Position numbers and translations under genes: made by a program. From a virus (lineage: Duplodnaviria > Heunggongvirae > Uroviricota > Caudoviricetes), in IMG/VR virus record IMGVR_UViG_2711768064_000002: DNA of 35,802 nt; one strand, written 5' to 3'. Positions 1-7,592 of the stretch are shown in pieces (the stretch's first letter is position 1; every line of letters begins with the position of its first letter). Below the pieces are notes generated by a model that saw nothing but the letters and a program-made list of their open reading frames with translations, was not told where the DNA came from and made no database searches.

Positions 1-318
1 ATGAAAAAGATAGCTGCTATATCATTAATTAGTATTTTTATTGTGTCTGGTTGTGCTGTGCATAATGATGAGACAAGTATCGGTAAATTTGGTCTTGCAT
101 ATAAAAGTAATATTCAGCGTAAACTCGATAACCAATACTACACCGAAGCCGAAGCTTCTTTAGCCAGGGGCAGAATATCTGGTGCAGAAAATATAGTAAA
201 AAATGATGCAGCCCATTTCTGTGTTACTCAGGGCAAAAAAATGCAGATAGTTGACCTGAAGACAGAAGGTGCAGGATTACATGGCGTCGCTCGTCTGACA
301 TTCAAATGTGGAGAGTGA
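1..318 (+). CDS. yegR: Small putative lipoprotein, 105 aa (host flank)
   Basis: ORF with N-terminal signal-like MKKIAAISLISIFIVSGCA, Cys at a lipobox-like position; sits outside attL. Symbol from recalled E. coli K-12 gene order yegQ-cyaR-...-yegR, not verified. Confidence 0.55.
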   Translation: MKKIAAISLISIFIVSGCAVHNDETSIGKFGLAYKSNIQRKLDNQYYTEAEASLARGRISGAENIVKNDAAHFCVTQGKKMQIVDLKTEGAGLHGVARLTFKCGE

Positions 319-475
319 GAATATTTTTTGGTAAGCGTCAAACATGCGCGTTCTGGTTGTGCTTAGCCGGAACCTGTGCGAGCACGATGCCGTTACGTGA
401 AAGGCATCGTGCTATGAAGGGAGATTCTATCGATGTGGTCAATGGAAGACGGTGACCAGGGATAGGGCTTATGCA

Positions 476-503
476 TAAAAAATAGGCCCGTGTAAGGGAG
501 ATT
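476..503. repeat. attL core (taaaaaataGgcccgtgtaagggagatt)
   Basis: Direct repeat of 34269..34296 with one mismatch (485 G vs 34278 A); lies next to the int 3' end. Confidence 0.85.
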
Positions 504-582
504 TAGGGTGTCACCAGTAGGGGCTTTCAACGGTACAATGCGGGTTTGAGCGGCATAAATTACCACTGAAAGCCCTTAAACG

Positions 583-1596
583 TTACTCTACTGTGGACAC
601 TGTGTGGACACTCTCGACCTCAGTACCACCTCTTAGCGGATTAAGAGAAATGGCGTCCTGAAGGTACTCTGGCGCAAAATGAGCGTAAACCATAGTTTGC
701 TCAATCCGCGTGTGACCTAGTATCCGTTGTAGCGTGATAATACTTCCTCCATTAATCATGAAATGAGTGGCAAAGCTGTGCCTTAGTGCATGTGTAGCTT
801 GCCCCATTGGCAAATCCGGTTTTATTGCTTTCATTGTTCGTCTGAAGCGAGGGTAATCAGCATCAGGGAATAAAAAACCTCGTTTGTTATCCGCGATCAT
901 TTTGGCAACAGCCTCTGAGATCGGGACGGTGCGTGGTTTGTTTGTTTTCGTTTTAACAAACGTGACGCGGTTATGGATGATATTTTCTGCTTTCAAACGA
1001 GCTGCTTCTCCCCAACGTGCTCCAGTACTCAGGCAAAGAATCGCAATCTTTTTGTTGTCGCCGTCAAGAGCAGCAAGCAGTAAGGCAATTTCTTCCTGCG
1101 TGAGATAGCCTGTGTCTGGTTTTTCCTCCTTAAGCCTTTTTGTCCCTCTGATAGGGTGCTCACCAAAGAATAACTCCGCTTCAATCAGGGCTGTAAACAT
1201 GCCGCTAATACATGTTAAATCACGATTGATACTCGAAGGTTTAATACCCTGACTTCTTCGGGTGGCGCAGTACTGGCTGATAAGCGATTTCGTAATTTGA
1301 AATGCGCATGGGTCATTCGTTATTTTTGTGAAGATTTCAATTTTCCCAAGATTAGATTTCCCATGCTCTTCGTGTTTACCCTTTAAATCCCACCAGATCT
1401 GTGTCAGCTCCGACAGACGTCGCTTGTCTGTTGGTTTTGATAGCCATTCTTTATTGTGGTGGTTGTACAACGTGTATTTCTCGAAAGCGACAGCTTCGCT
1501 TTTCTTATCAAACTTCCTACGGATGCGTTTTCCATTACGTCCAGTAGGGCGGATGTCCACTTCATATCGACCATCATCGAGTTTTTTGATTGCCAT
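583..1596 (-). CDS. int: Tyrosine integrase (P2 Int-like), 337 aa
   Basis: ORF adjacent to attL; C-terminal catalytic motifs ALRHSFATHF and GHTRIEQTMVYAH (R-HxxR-Y). Confidence 0.93.
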   Translation of the reverse strand: MAIKKLDDGRYEVDIRPTGRNGKRIRRKFDKKSEAVAFEKYTLYNHHNKEWLSKPTDKRRLSELTQIWWDLKGKHEEHGKSNLGKIEIFTKITNDPCAFQITKSLISQYCATRRSQGIKPSSINRDLTCISGMFTALIEAELFFGEHPIRGTKRLKEEKPDTGYLTQEEIALLLAALDGDNKKIAILCLSTGARWGEAARLKAENIIHNRVTFVKTKTNKPRTVPISEAVAKMIADNKRGFLFPDADYPRFRRTMKAIKPDLPMGQATHALRHSFATHFMINGGSIITLQRILGHTRIEQTMVYAHFAPEYLQDAISLNPLRGGTEVESVHTVSTVE

Positions 1597-1711
1597 CAGA
1601 AAACCCTCCGAGTGGTGTGTTTTTTTGCGACTACTAATCGCTTTTTTCGTGGTGGCTGAAATTTAGCCACCAATAGTAGGCACTTGTGATGAATATATTC
1701 ACGATGAATTG

Positions 1712-2011
1712 TTAACCAGTCTTTTGACCGGAGTGGGGCGACGTTGTTTCGTTTTGCCCAAAGTGTGCGAGAGCGGGCGCAATTTGCCCGGACTCAGGAG
1801 CGATCTGATTGGTCATGAACCATAAAGTGTATTTGGTGAATTGTGGGGTCTGCAGGATGTTCATCATGACATCTGTTGGAGGTGTTGAACGACCACTTTC
1901 ATAGTAACTCAGCGTGCCATACGGAACCCCTGTTAAATCAGCAAGTTGTTGTCTGCTCAAATACTCTGATTTTCGCATTAAGACTATCTTCTCGCTTATC
2001 GTGTTTGACAT
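1712..2011 (-). CDS. C: Immunity repressor C, 99 aa, HTH
   Basis: 99-aa ORF divergent from cox; HTH segment LSRQQLADLTGVPYGTLSYYESG; size and position match P2 C. Confidence 0.88.
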   Translation of the reverse strand: MSNTISEKIVLMRKSEYLSRQQLADLTGVPYGTLSYYESGRSTPPTDVMMNILQTPQFTKYTLWFMTNQIAPESGQIAPALAHFGQNETTSPHSGQKTG

Positions 2012-2125
2012 GGTGTTTAGATCTCAATAGTATTTAGTTTAGATGTAGATTGTTTAGTGCTTGGATGTGGGCACTAAAAGGCATTATAAGACATTAAACG
2101 CAATTCATGAGGGCTAGAGGACGAC
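2012..2125. promoter_or_regulatory. Divergent early promoter/operator region (Pc/Pe switch)
   Basis: 114-bp AT-rich interval between divergent C and cox; reiterated TTTAG-containing motifs (tatttagtttagatgtagattgtttag) plausible C operator half-sites. Exact -35/-10 not resolved. Confidence 0.55.
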
Positions 2126-2401
2126 ATGAGCAAGCAAGTAACACTCATGACTGATGCGATTCCTTATCAGGAGTTCGCAAAACTAATAGGAAAATCGACA
2201 GGAGCGGTTCGTCGGATGATCGATAAAGGAAAGCTGCCTGTAATTGATATGACCGATCCACAATCAGCTTCAGGTCGTGCAGGTGAATATTGGGTATACC
2301 TTCCGGCATGGAATAACGGACTAAAACTGGCTTATGAAAGCCGCCCTAAAGAGATTCGTGACGGCTGGTTGATGTGGTTAGGTCTCGGTGAACCACGTTA
2401 A
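2126..2401 (+). CDS. cox: Cox excisionase / transcriptional regulator, 91 aa
   Basis: 91-aa ORF starting MSKQVTLMTDAIPYQEFAKLIGKSTGAVRRMIDKGKLP, recognised from memory as P2 Cox; first gene of early rightward operon. Confidence 0.9.
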   Translation: MSKQVTLMTDAIPYQEFAKLIGKSTGAVRRMIDKGKLPVIDMTDPQSASGRAGEYWVYLPAWNNGLKLAYESRPKEIRDGWLMWLGLGEPR

Positions 2402-2582
2402 GGAGAACCGTATGAATGAGCCTCGTTGTATTGCTCAGTTACTGCGTAACGAAAGCCCCAGGGCGATTGACTTCACCATCACCCACGGTAAGGGGCGTAA
2501 GGGAATCATTATCCGCACCAAAAAACAGAGTCCGTTAAAAAAGGCTCTGACCTTTCTGAAAAGCCGGAGGGTATGGAAATGA
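2388..2582 (+). CDS. Small early protein (P2 orf78-like), 64 aa; alternative start at 2412
   Basis: ORF overlapping cox stop and B start, typical of the tightly packed P2 early operon. Confidence 0.6.
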   Translation: MNHVKENRMNEPRCIAQLLRNESPRAIDFTITHGKGRKGIIIRTKKQSPLKKALTFLKSRRVWK

Positions 2583-3079
2583 CAGTGATGACGCTCAATC
2601 TCGTTGAAAAACAGCCAGCAGCTATGCGCCGGATAATTGGCAAGCATCTTGCCGTCCCTCGCTGGCAGGATACATGTGATTATTATAATCAGATGATGGA
2701 GCGCGAACGGCTAACGGTTTGCTTTCATGCACAGTTAAAACAGCGTCACGCAACGATGCGTTTTGAAGAAATGAACGACGTCGAACGTGAACGGCTGGTT
2801 TGTGCAATTGATGAATTGCGTGGGGCATTCTCAAAACGCCGTCAGGTCGGCGCAAGTGAGTATGCATATATTAGTTTTTTAACAGTCAGTCAGCGTCGCA
2901 CTTTATTTATGCACGCACGACTGACAGAAAAAGAATTCAACCAGCCATACTGGCGAATTAATGAAGAATCATGTTACTGGCGTGATGCTTTATTCCGTGC
3001 ATTACGTGAATTATTCAGCCTGTTTGAGTATGCACCGACAATTCTGACGTCGGTAAAACCAGAGCAATATCTGCATTAA
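2573..3079 (+). CDS. B: Replication protein B (helicase loader-like), 168 aa
   Basis: Position and size match P2 B (about 166 aa) between cox/orf78 and orf80. Confidence 0.8.
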   Translation: MEMTVMTLNLVEKQPAAMRRIIGKHLAVPRWQDTCDYYNQMMERERLTVCFHAQLKQRHATMRFEEMNDVERERLVCAIDELRGAFSKRRQVGASEYAYISFLTVSQRRTLFMHARLTEKEFNQPYWRINEESCYWRDALFRALRELFSLFEYAPTILTSVKPEQYLH

Positions 3080-3109
3080 GTAATTAATCAGAGTTTTTAA
3101 CGCACTTAA

Positions 3110-3367
3110 TTGTGCGGGGCTTCTTTTTGCCTGGAGAACGTCATGCATACAGTTTCCGAAAATCAGTGCGGTAAATACGCATTACTGCTGCAACAGGCCA
3201 GAACCGATGCACAGGCCGACGCAGCGACGCGCTTTTCTTCTCATCTTGACGCCATGATTCGCCACATCACAAAGGCGGAGTTATCCCGCGTGGAGATAGT
3301 CGAGCTGCTCAGTCAGGAGTCGGAAAAATTTCACAATATCGGATTGTCTCGCGGGGAGGTGCTTTGA
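3110..3367 (+). CDS. Early hypothetical protein (P2 orf80-like), 85 aa; alternative start at 3143
   Basis: ORF in early operon between B and A. Confidence 0.6.
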   Translation: MCGASFCLENVMHTVSENQCGKYALLLQQARTDAQADAATRFSSHLDAMIRHITKAELSRVEIVELLSQESEKFHNIGLSRGEVL

Positions 3368-3669
3368 TGTCCTGTTCTCGTTCAGTTGTATTACTGAATA
3401 ACGCCTTAAAAATCACCGTTATGAAAAATGGCGATTTATCTCTTATTCAACTTGGTCTTGATAAAGAAAAACGCGAAATAACTGAGTCTGTTATCGCGAT
3501 TTATCAGAACGAATTAAATCTCCTGTCTGATGTGGTCAATTTACTTGTTAAACGCGCTGTATTTCACAAGCAAATCTCCTCCGTGGATGAACTGACGAAA
3601 TTAACGACAGAAATTGCCAGCTATTGCGCTGATGAATTTAAAAAACTTAACGACAAAAGGAGCTGGTAA
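3364..3669 (+). CDS. Early hypothetical protein (P2 orf81-like), 101 aa; alternative start at 3421
   Basis: ORF with overlapping stop/start coupling to neighbours. Confidence 0.6.
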   Translation: MMSCSRSVVLLNNALKITVMKNGDLSLIQLGLDKEKREITESVIAIYQNELNLLSDVVNLLVKRAVFHKQISSVDELTKLTTEIASYCADEFKKLNDKRSW

Positions 3670-3893
3670 TGCCGGACAACGTAGATTTTATTCAGGAACA
3701 ACAGGCTGAATTACTGGAGCGTCAGATTAACGCGGCAAGGGTAAAACATTGCGGTGCTTCTGCGCTGGTTTGCGAAGAGTGTGACGCGCCAATACCTGCT
3801 GCCCGTCGTGCGGCTTACCCGTCAGCCACGCGTTGTGTTTCCTGTCAGTCAGTCTTTGAAGCAAAAAACAAACATTACCGGAGAACGGCATGA
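3669..3893 (+). CDS. TraR/DksA-family C4 zinc-finger protein (P2 orf82-like), 74 aa
   Basis: CxxC...CxxC spacing (CGASALVCEECDAPI...RCVSCQ) typical of DksA/TraR zinc fingers. Confidence 0.7.
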   Translation: MPDNVDFIQEQQAELLERQINAARVKHCGASALVCEECDAPIPAARRAAYPSATRCVSCQSVFEAKNKHYRRTA

Positions 3894-4165
3894 GTATTCG
3901 TATTGAAATTGGCGAACGTTATGTCGTTACCAGTGACAGCTTTCAGTTTATTCTCCACGAGAAAAAGAGAGCGGAAAGCGGTAAAAACGCCGGTCAGGAA
4001 TGGCTGGCGGTGGTTGGTTATTACCCGAAATTAAGCCAGCTCGTTTCCGGCCTGATGCATCACGATATTCTGACCGGAAGCGCAAAGTCTTTTGCTGATT
4101 TAAACGCGCAGGTTGAGCAACTCAGCAAGCGTTGTTCAGAGGCTTTTGGCTCATATGGCCGTTAA
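3890..4165 (+). CDS. Early hypothetical protein (P2 orf83-like), 91 aa
   Basis: ORF directly upstream of and overlapping the A start. Confidence 0.6.
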   Translation: MSIRIEIGERYVVTSDSFQFILHEKKRAESGKNAGQEWLAVVGYYPKLSQLVSGLMHHDILTGSAKSFADLNAQVEQLSKRCSEAFGSYGR

Positions 4166-6431
4166 AGCCTCCGGGCGTTTTGTCCCTCCGTCAGCATTTG
4201 CCGCAGGCACCGGTAAGACGTTTACCGGTGCTTATGCATGGAACGCGCCACGCGAGGCTGTCGGGCGCGAAAGACCCCTTACACGTGACGAGATGCGTCA
4301 GGTGCAAGGTGTTTTATCCACGATTAATCGCCAGCCTTACTTTTTGCGCTCGCTGTTTACTTCACGCTATGACTACATCCGGCGCAATAAAAGCCCGGTG
4401 CACGGGTTTTATTTCCTCACATCCACTTTTCAGCGTCGTTTATGGCCGCGCATTGAGCGCGTTAATCAGCGCCATGAAATGAACACCGACGCGTCGTTGC
4501 TGTTTCTGGCAGAGCGTGACCACTATGCGCGCCTGCCTGGAATGAATGACAAGGAGCTGAAAAAGTTTGCCGCCCGTATCTCATCGCAGCTTTTCATAAT
4601 GTATGAGGAACTCTGCGATGCCTGGGTGGATGCGCATGGCGAGAAAGAATCGCTGTTTACGGATGAGGCGCAGGCTCACCTGTATGGTCATGTTGCTGGC
4701 GCTGCACGTGCTTTCAATATTTCCCCGCTCTACTGGAAAAAATACCGTAAAGGACAGATGACCACGAGGCAGGCATATTCTGCCATTGCCCGCCTGTTTA
4801 ACGATGAGTGGTGGACTCATCAGCTTAAAGGCCAGCGTATGCGCTGGCATGAGGCGTTACTGATTGCTGTCGGGGAGGTCAATAAAGACCGTTCTCCTTA
4901 TGCCAGTAAACATGCCATTCGTGATGTGCGTGCACGCCGCCAGGCAAATCTGGAATTTCTTAAATCGTGTGACCTTGAAAACAGGGAAACCGGCGAGCGC
5001 ATCGACCTTATCAGTAAGGTGATGGGCAGTATTTCTAATCCTGAAATTCGCCGGATGGAGCTGATGAACACCATTGCCGGTATTGAGCGTTACGCCGCAG
5101 CAGAGGGTGATGTGGGGATGTTTATCACGCTGACCGCGCCGTCAAAGTATCACCCGACACGTCAGGTCGGAAAAGGCGAAAGTAAAACCGTCCAGCTAAA
5201 TCACGGCTGGAACGATGAGGCATTTAATCCAAAGGATGCGCAGCGTTATCTCTGCCATATCTGGAGCCTGATGCGCACGGCATTCAAGGATAATGATTTA
5301 CAGGTCTACGGTTTGCGTGTCGTCGAGCCACACCACGACGGAACGCCGCACTGGCATATGATGCTTTTTTGTAATCCACGCCAGCGTAACCAGATTATTG
5401 AAATCATGCGTCGCTATGCGCTCAAAGAGGATGGCGACGAAAGAGGAGCCGCGCGAAACCGTTTTCAGGCAAAACACCTTAACCGGGGCGGTGCTGCGGG
5501 ATATATCGCGAAATACATCTCAAAAAACATCGACGGCTATGCACTGGATGGTCAGCTCGATAATGATACCGGTAGGCCGCTGAAAGACACAGCTGCGGCT
5601 GTTACCGCATGGGCGTCAACGTGGCGCATTCCGCAATTTAAAACGGTTGGTCTGCCGACAATGGGGGCTTACCGTGAACTACGCAAATTGCCTCGCGGCG
5701 TCAGCATTGCTGATGAGTTTGACGAGCGCGTCGAGGCTGCACGCGCCGCTGCAGACAGTGGTGATTTTGCGTTGTATATCAGCGCGCAGGGCGGGGCAAA
5801 TGTCCCGCGCGATTGTCAGACTGTCAGGGTCGCCCGTAGCCCGTCGGATGACGTTAACGAGTACGAGGAAGAAGTCGAGAGAGTGGTCGGCATTTACGCG
5901 CCGCATCTCGGCGCGCGTCATATTCATATCACCAGAACGACGGACTGGCGCATTGTTCCGAAAGTGCCGGTCGTTGAGCCTTTGACTTTAAAAAGCGGCA
6001 TCGCCGCGCCTCGGAGTCCTGTCAATAACTGTGGAAAGCTCACCGGTGGTGATACTTCGTTACCGGCTCCCACACCTTCTGAGCACGCCGCAGCCGTGCT
6101 TAATCTGGTTGATGACGGTGTTATCGAATGGAATGACCCGGAGGTCGTGAGGGCGCTCAGGGGCGCATTAAAACACGGCCTGAGAACACCAAACCGTCAG
6201 CAAAGAAACGGAAGCCCGTTAAAACCGAATGAAATAGCGCCATCGGCCAGGCTGACCCGGTCGGAGCGTATGCAAATTACCCGTATCCGCGTTGACCTTG
6301 CTCAGAACGGTATCAGGCCGCAGCGATGGGAGCTTGAGGCGCTGGCGCGTGGCGCGACCGTAAATTATTACGGGAAATCTTTCAATTATCAGGTCGCTGA
6401 TGAGTGGCCTGGATTTTTGTTACCCATTTGA
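4155..6431 (+). CDS. A: Replication initiator A (rolling-circle HUH endonuclease), about 758 aa; ORF opens at 4113
   Basis: Long ORF; HUH-type motif HHDGTPHWHMMLF and downstream GYIAKYISKNIDGY (catalytic Tyr region). Start at MAVKASGRF chosen from recalled P2 gpA N-terminus. Confidence 0.9.
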   Translation: MAVKASGRFVPPSAFAAGTGKTFTGAYAWNAPREAVGRERPLTRDEMRQVQGVLSTINRQPYFLRSLFTSRYDYIRRNKSPVHGFYFLTSTFQRRLWPRIERVNQRHEMNTDASLLFLAERDHYARLPGMNDKELKKFAARISSQLFIMYEELCDAWVDAHGEKESLFTDEAQAHLYGHVAGAARAFNISPLYWKKYRKGQMTTRQAYSAIARLFNDEWWTHQLKGQRMRWHEALLIAVGEVNKDRSPYASKHAIRDVRARRQANLEFLKSCDLENRETGERIDLISKVMGSISNPEIRRMELMNTIAGIERYAAAEGDVGMFITLTAPSKYHPTRQVGKGESKTVQLNHGWNDEAFNPKDAQRYLCHIWSLMRTAFKDNDLQVYGLRVVEPHHDGTPHWHMMLFCNPRQRNQIIEIMRRYALKEDGDERGAARNRFQAKHLNRGGAAGYIAKYISKNIDGYALDGQLDNDTGRPLKDTAAAVTAWASTWRIPQFKTVGLPTMGAYRELRKLPRGVSIADEFDERVEAARAAADSGDFALYISAQGGANVPRDCQTVRVARSPSDDVNEYEEEVERVVGIYAPHLGARHIHITRTTDWRIVPKVPVVEPLTLKSGIAAPRSPVNNCGKLTGGDTSLPAPTPSEHAAAVLNLVDDGVIEWNDPEVVRALRGALKHGLRTPNRQQRNGSPLKPNEIAPSARLTRSERMQITRIRVDLAQNGIRPQRWELEALARGATVNYYGKSFNYQVADEWPGFLLPI

Positions 6432-6690
6432 GTAAAAATGCAGCGTGATTTTATATGCCTTTGAATGGGTTATGCGAAGCGCCTCTAAGGCAGATGAGGA
6501 GCAATAGCATGCTGAAGTAGAAGGCTAAATTGTATTGAATCGCTAGCATGTAATTTAAAGCAGCTATTTGATTCGAGTCATAAAAGAGCATCTATTTCGG
6601 CTAATAAAACCATTGCGAGTGACCTTTTGTCGAAGCATAATTCATCTCGAGCGAAGTCTTGCTAGTCTTTCATCGGAATGATGACAGGCG

Positions 6691-6722
6691 CAAAAAAACC
6701 ACCCTGGCAGGTGGTTTTTTTG
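6691..6722. terminator. Bidirectional rho-independent terminator
   Basis: aaaaaaaccaccctggcaggtggttttttt: GC stem flanked by an A-run and a T-run, so it can terminate on either strand. Confidence 0.7.
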
Positions 6723-6733
6723 TTTGAAGCATA

Positions 6734-6847
6734 CTAAAGAATAATACTTACATGGATATTACTGACGTTTACTGACAAACCACTTGGACTACCATATGGA
6801 TAGCCAAAGAGGGCCAGAACGAGAATGCAGTAATAGCACTTCTTCAT
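6734..6847 (-). CDS. 37-aa hydrophobic small protein (MKKCYYCILVLALFGYPYGSPSGLSVNVSNIHVSIIL)
   Basis: Not in the ORF track (under 60 aa). Preceded by SD-like aggagg (rc of 6851..6856) and followed by the 6691..6722 terminator. Function unknown. Confidence 0.4.
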   Translation of the reverse strand: MKKCYYCILVLALFGYPYGSPSGLSVNVSNIHVSIIL

Positions 6848-7419
6848 ATCTCCTCCTGTAAGCAGAGGGCAATTTCCGCCGATATATGCGCTTCTAAGGC
6901 GGAGTTACTATTTAGCGAAGTCTTGCCCTGAAATAATGCTCTGTTTAAACGCAAAGTGATCTGGCATATCACCGAACAGAGAGCCTGAACAACACAACAT
7001 ATAGTATGTCGTTGTTTCTGGTTGCATTTTATGTTGTGTAATCCTGGTTTTGCATCAAGGATGTTTGAGCTTTTTTTGATATAGCTCAAAGTAAAAAGCA
7101 GAGACTACGGATGATAAGGTATTGAAAGCAATGTAAATTTTTTAAAGTTATTGGCGGCTAAAAAATGCACGGTTTCAATATGGTGGACTTAAATAAGCAA
7201 TTAAAAAAGTCATAAATATCACTAAAATCATGGTGTTACGTTTTTTTTGTGGGAGCTGCGGTGACGCTTAAGTTGATTTGTCATTAAATAAGCCGTGCAT
7301 GCAACAAGTGAATGTTTTTGCATGCGTCGGGGATGCCCGTTCCGGCTGCTTGCGGTCAGAGCTGGTGCGGATCCATAGTATCTATGCAACTGCATTAAAA
7401 CCGCCACATGAAGCGGGCG

Positions 7420-7438
7420 GGCGAGGCGGGGAAAGCAC
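7420..7438. other. cos cohesive-end site (GGCGAGGCGGGGAAAGCAC)
   Basis: Exact match to the 19-nt P2/186 cohesive-end sequence as I recall it; sits between A and Q as expected in the prophage. Confidence 0.8.
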
Positions 7439-7592
7439 TGCGCGCAAAATGTTCTTGAAATATTTGTGACATAAGCTAAGACACAAAATGATTGAAGGGC
7501 AGAGCAAATCCTACAGTCCTATGCTATTGTCTCATGTAATGCAGATAAGTTGAAAATTATCTTAAAATATAAGAGTAAAGACATTAAAAGGA

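Noticed and set aside
4132-4482. 116-aa alternative-frame ORF overlapping the A start
   Set aside because: Out-of-frame overlap with the conserved N-terminus of A; no separate RBS.
6844-7089. 81-aa minus-strand ORF in the A-to-cos interval
   Set aside because: No RBS seen, Cys/low-complexity composition; the shorter 37-aa ORF (6734..6847) with an SD and terminator is the better candidate in this area.
7278-7469. 63-aa plus-strand ORF spanning the cos site
   Set aside because: Overlaps the cohesive-end sequence, no convincing RBS, GC-rich reading through noncoding cos-flanking DNA; likely spurious.
6432-7592. Possible retron (msr/msd) or CRISPR array in the accessory interval
   Set aside because: No reverse transcriptase ORF, and no regularly spaced identical repeats with unique spacers; only two degenerate repeat blocks.
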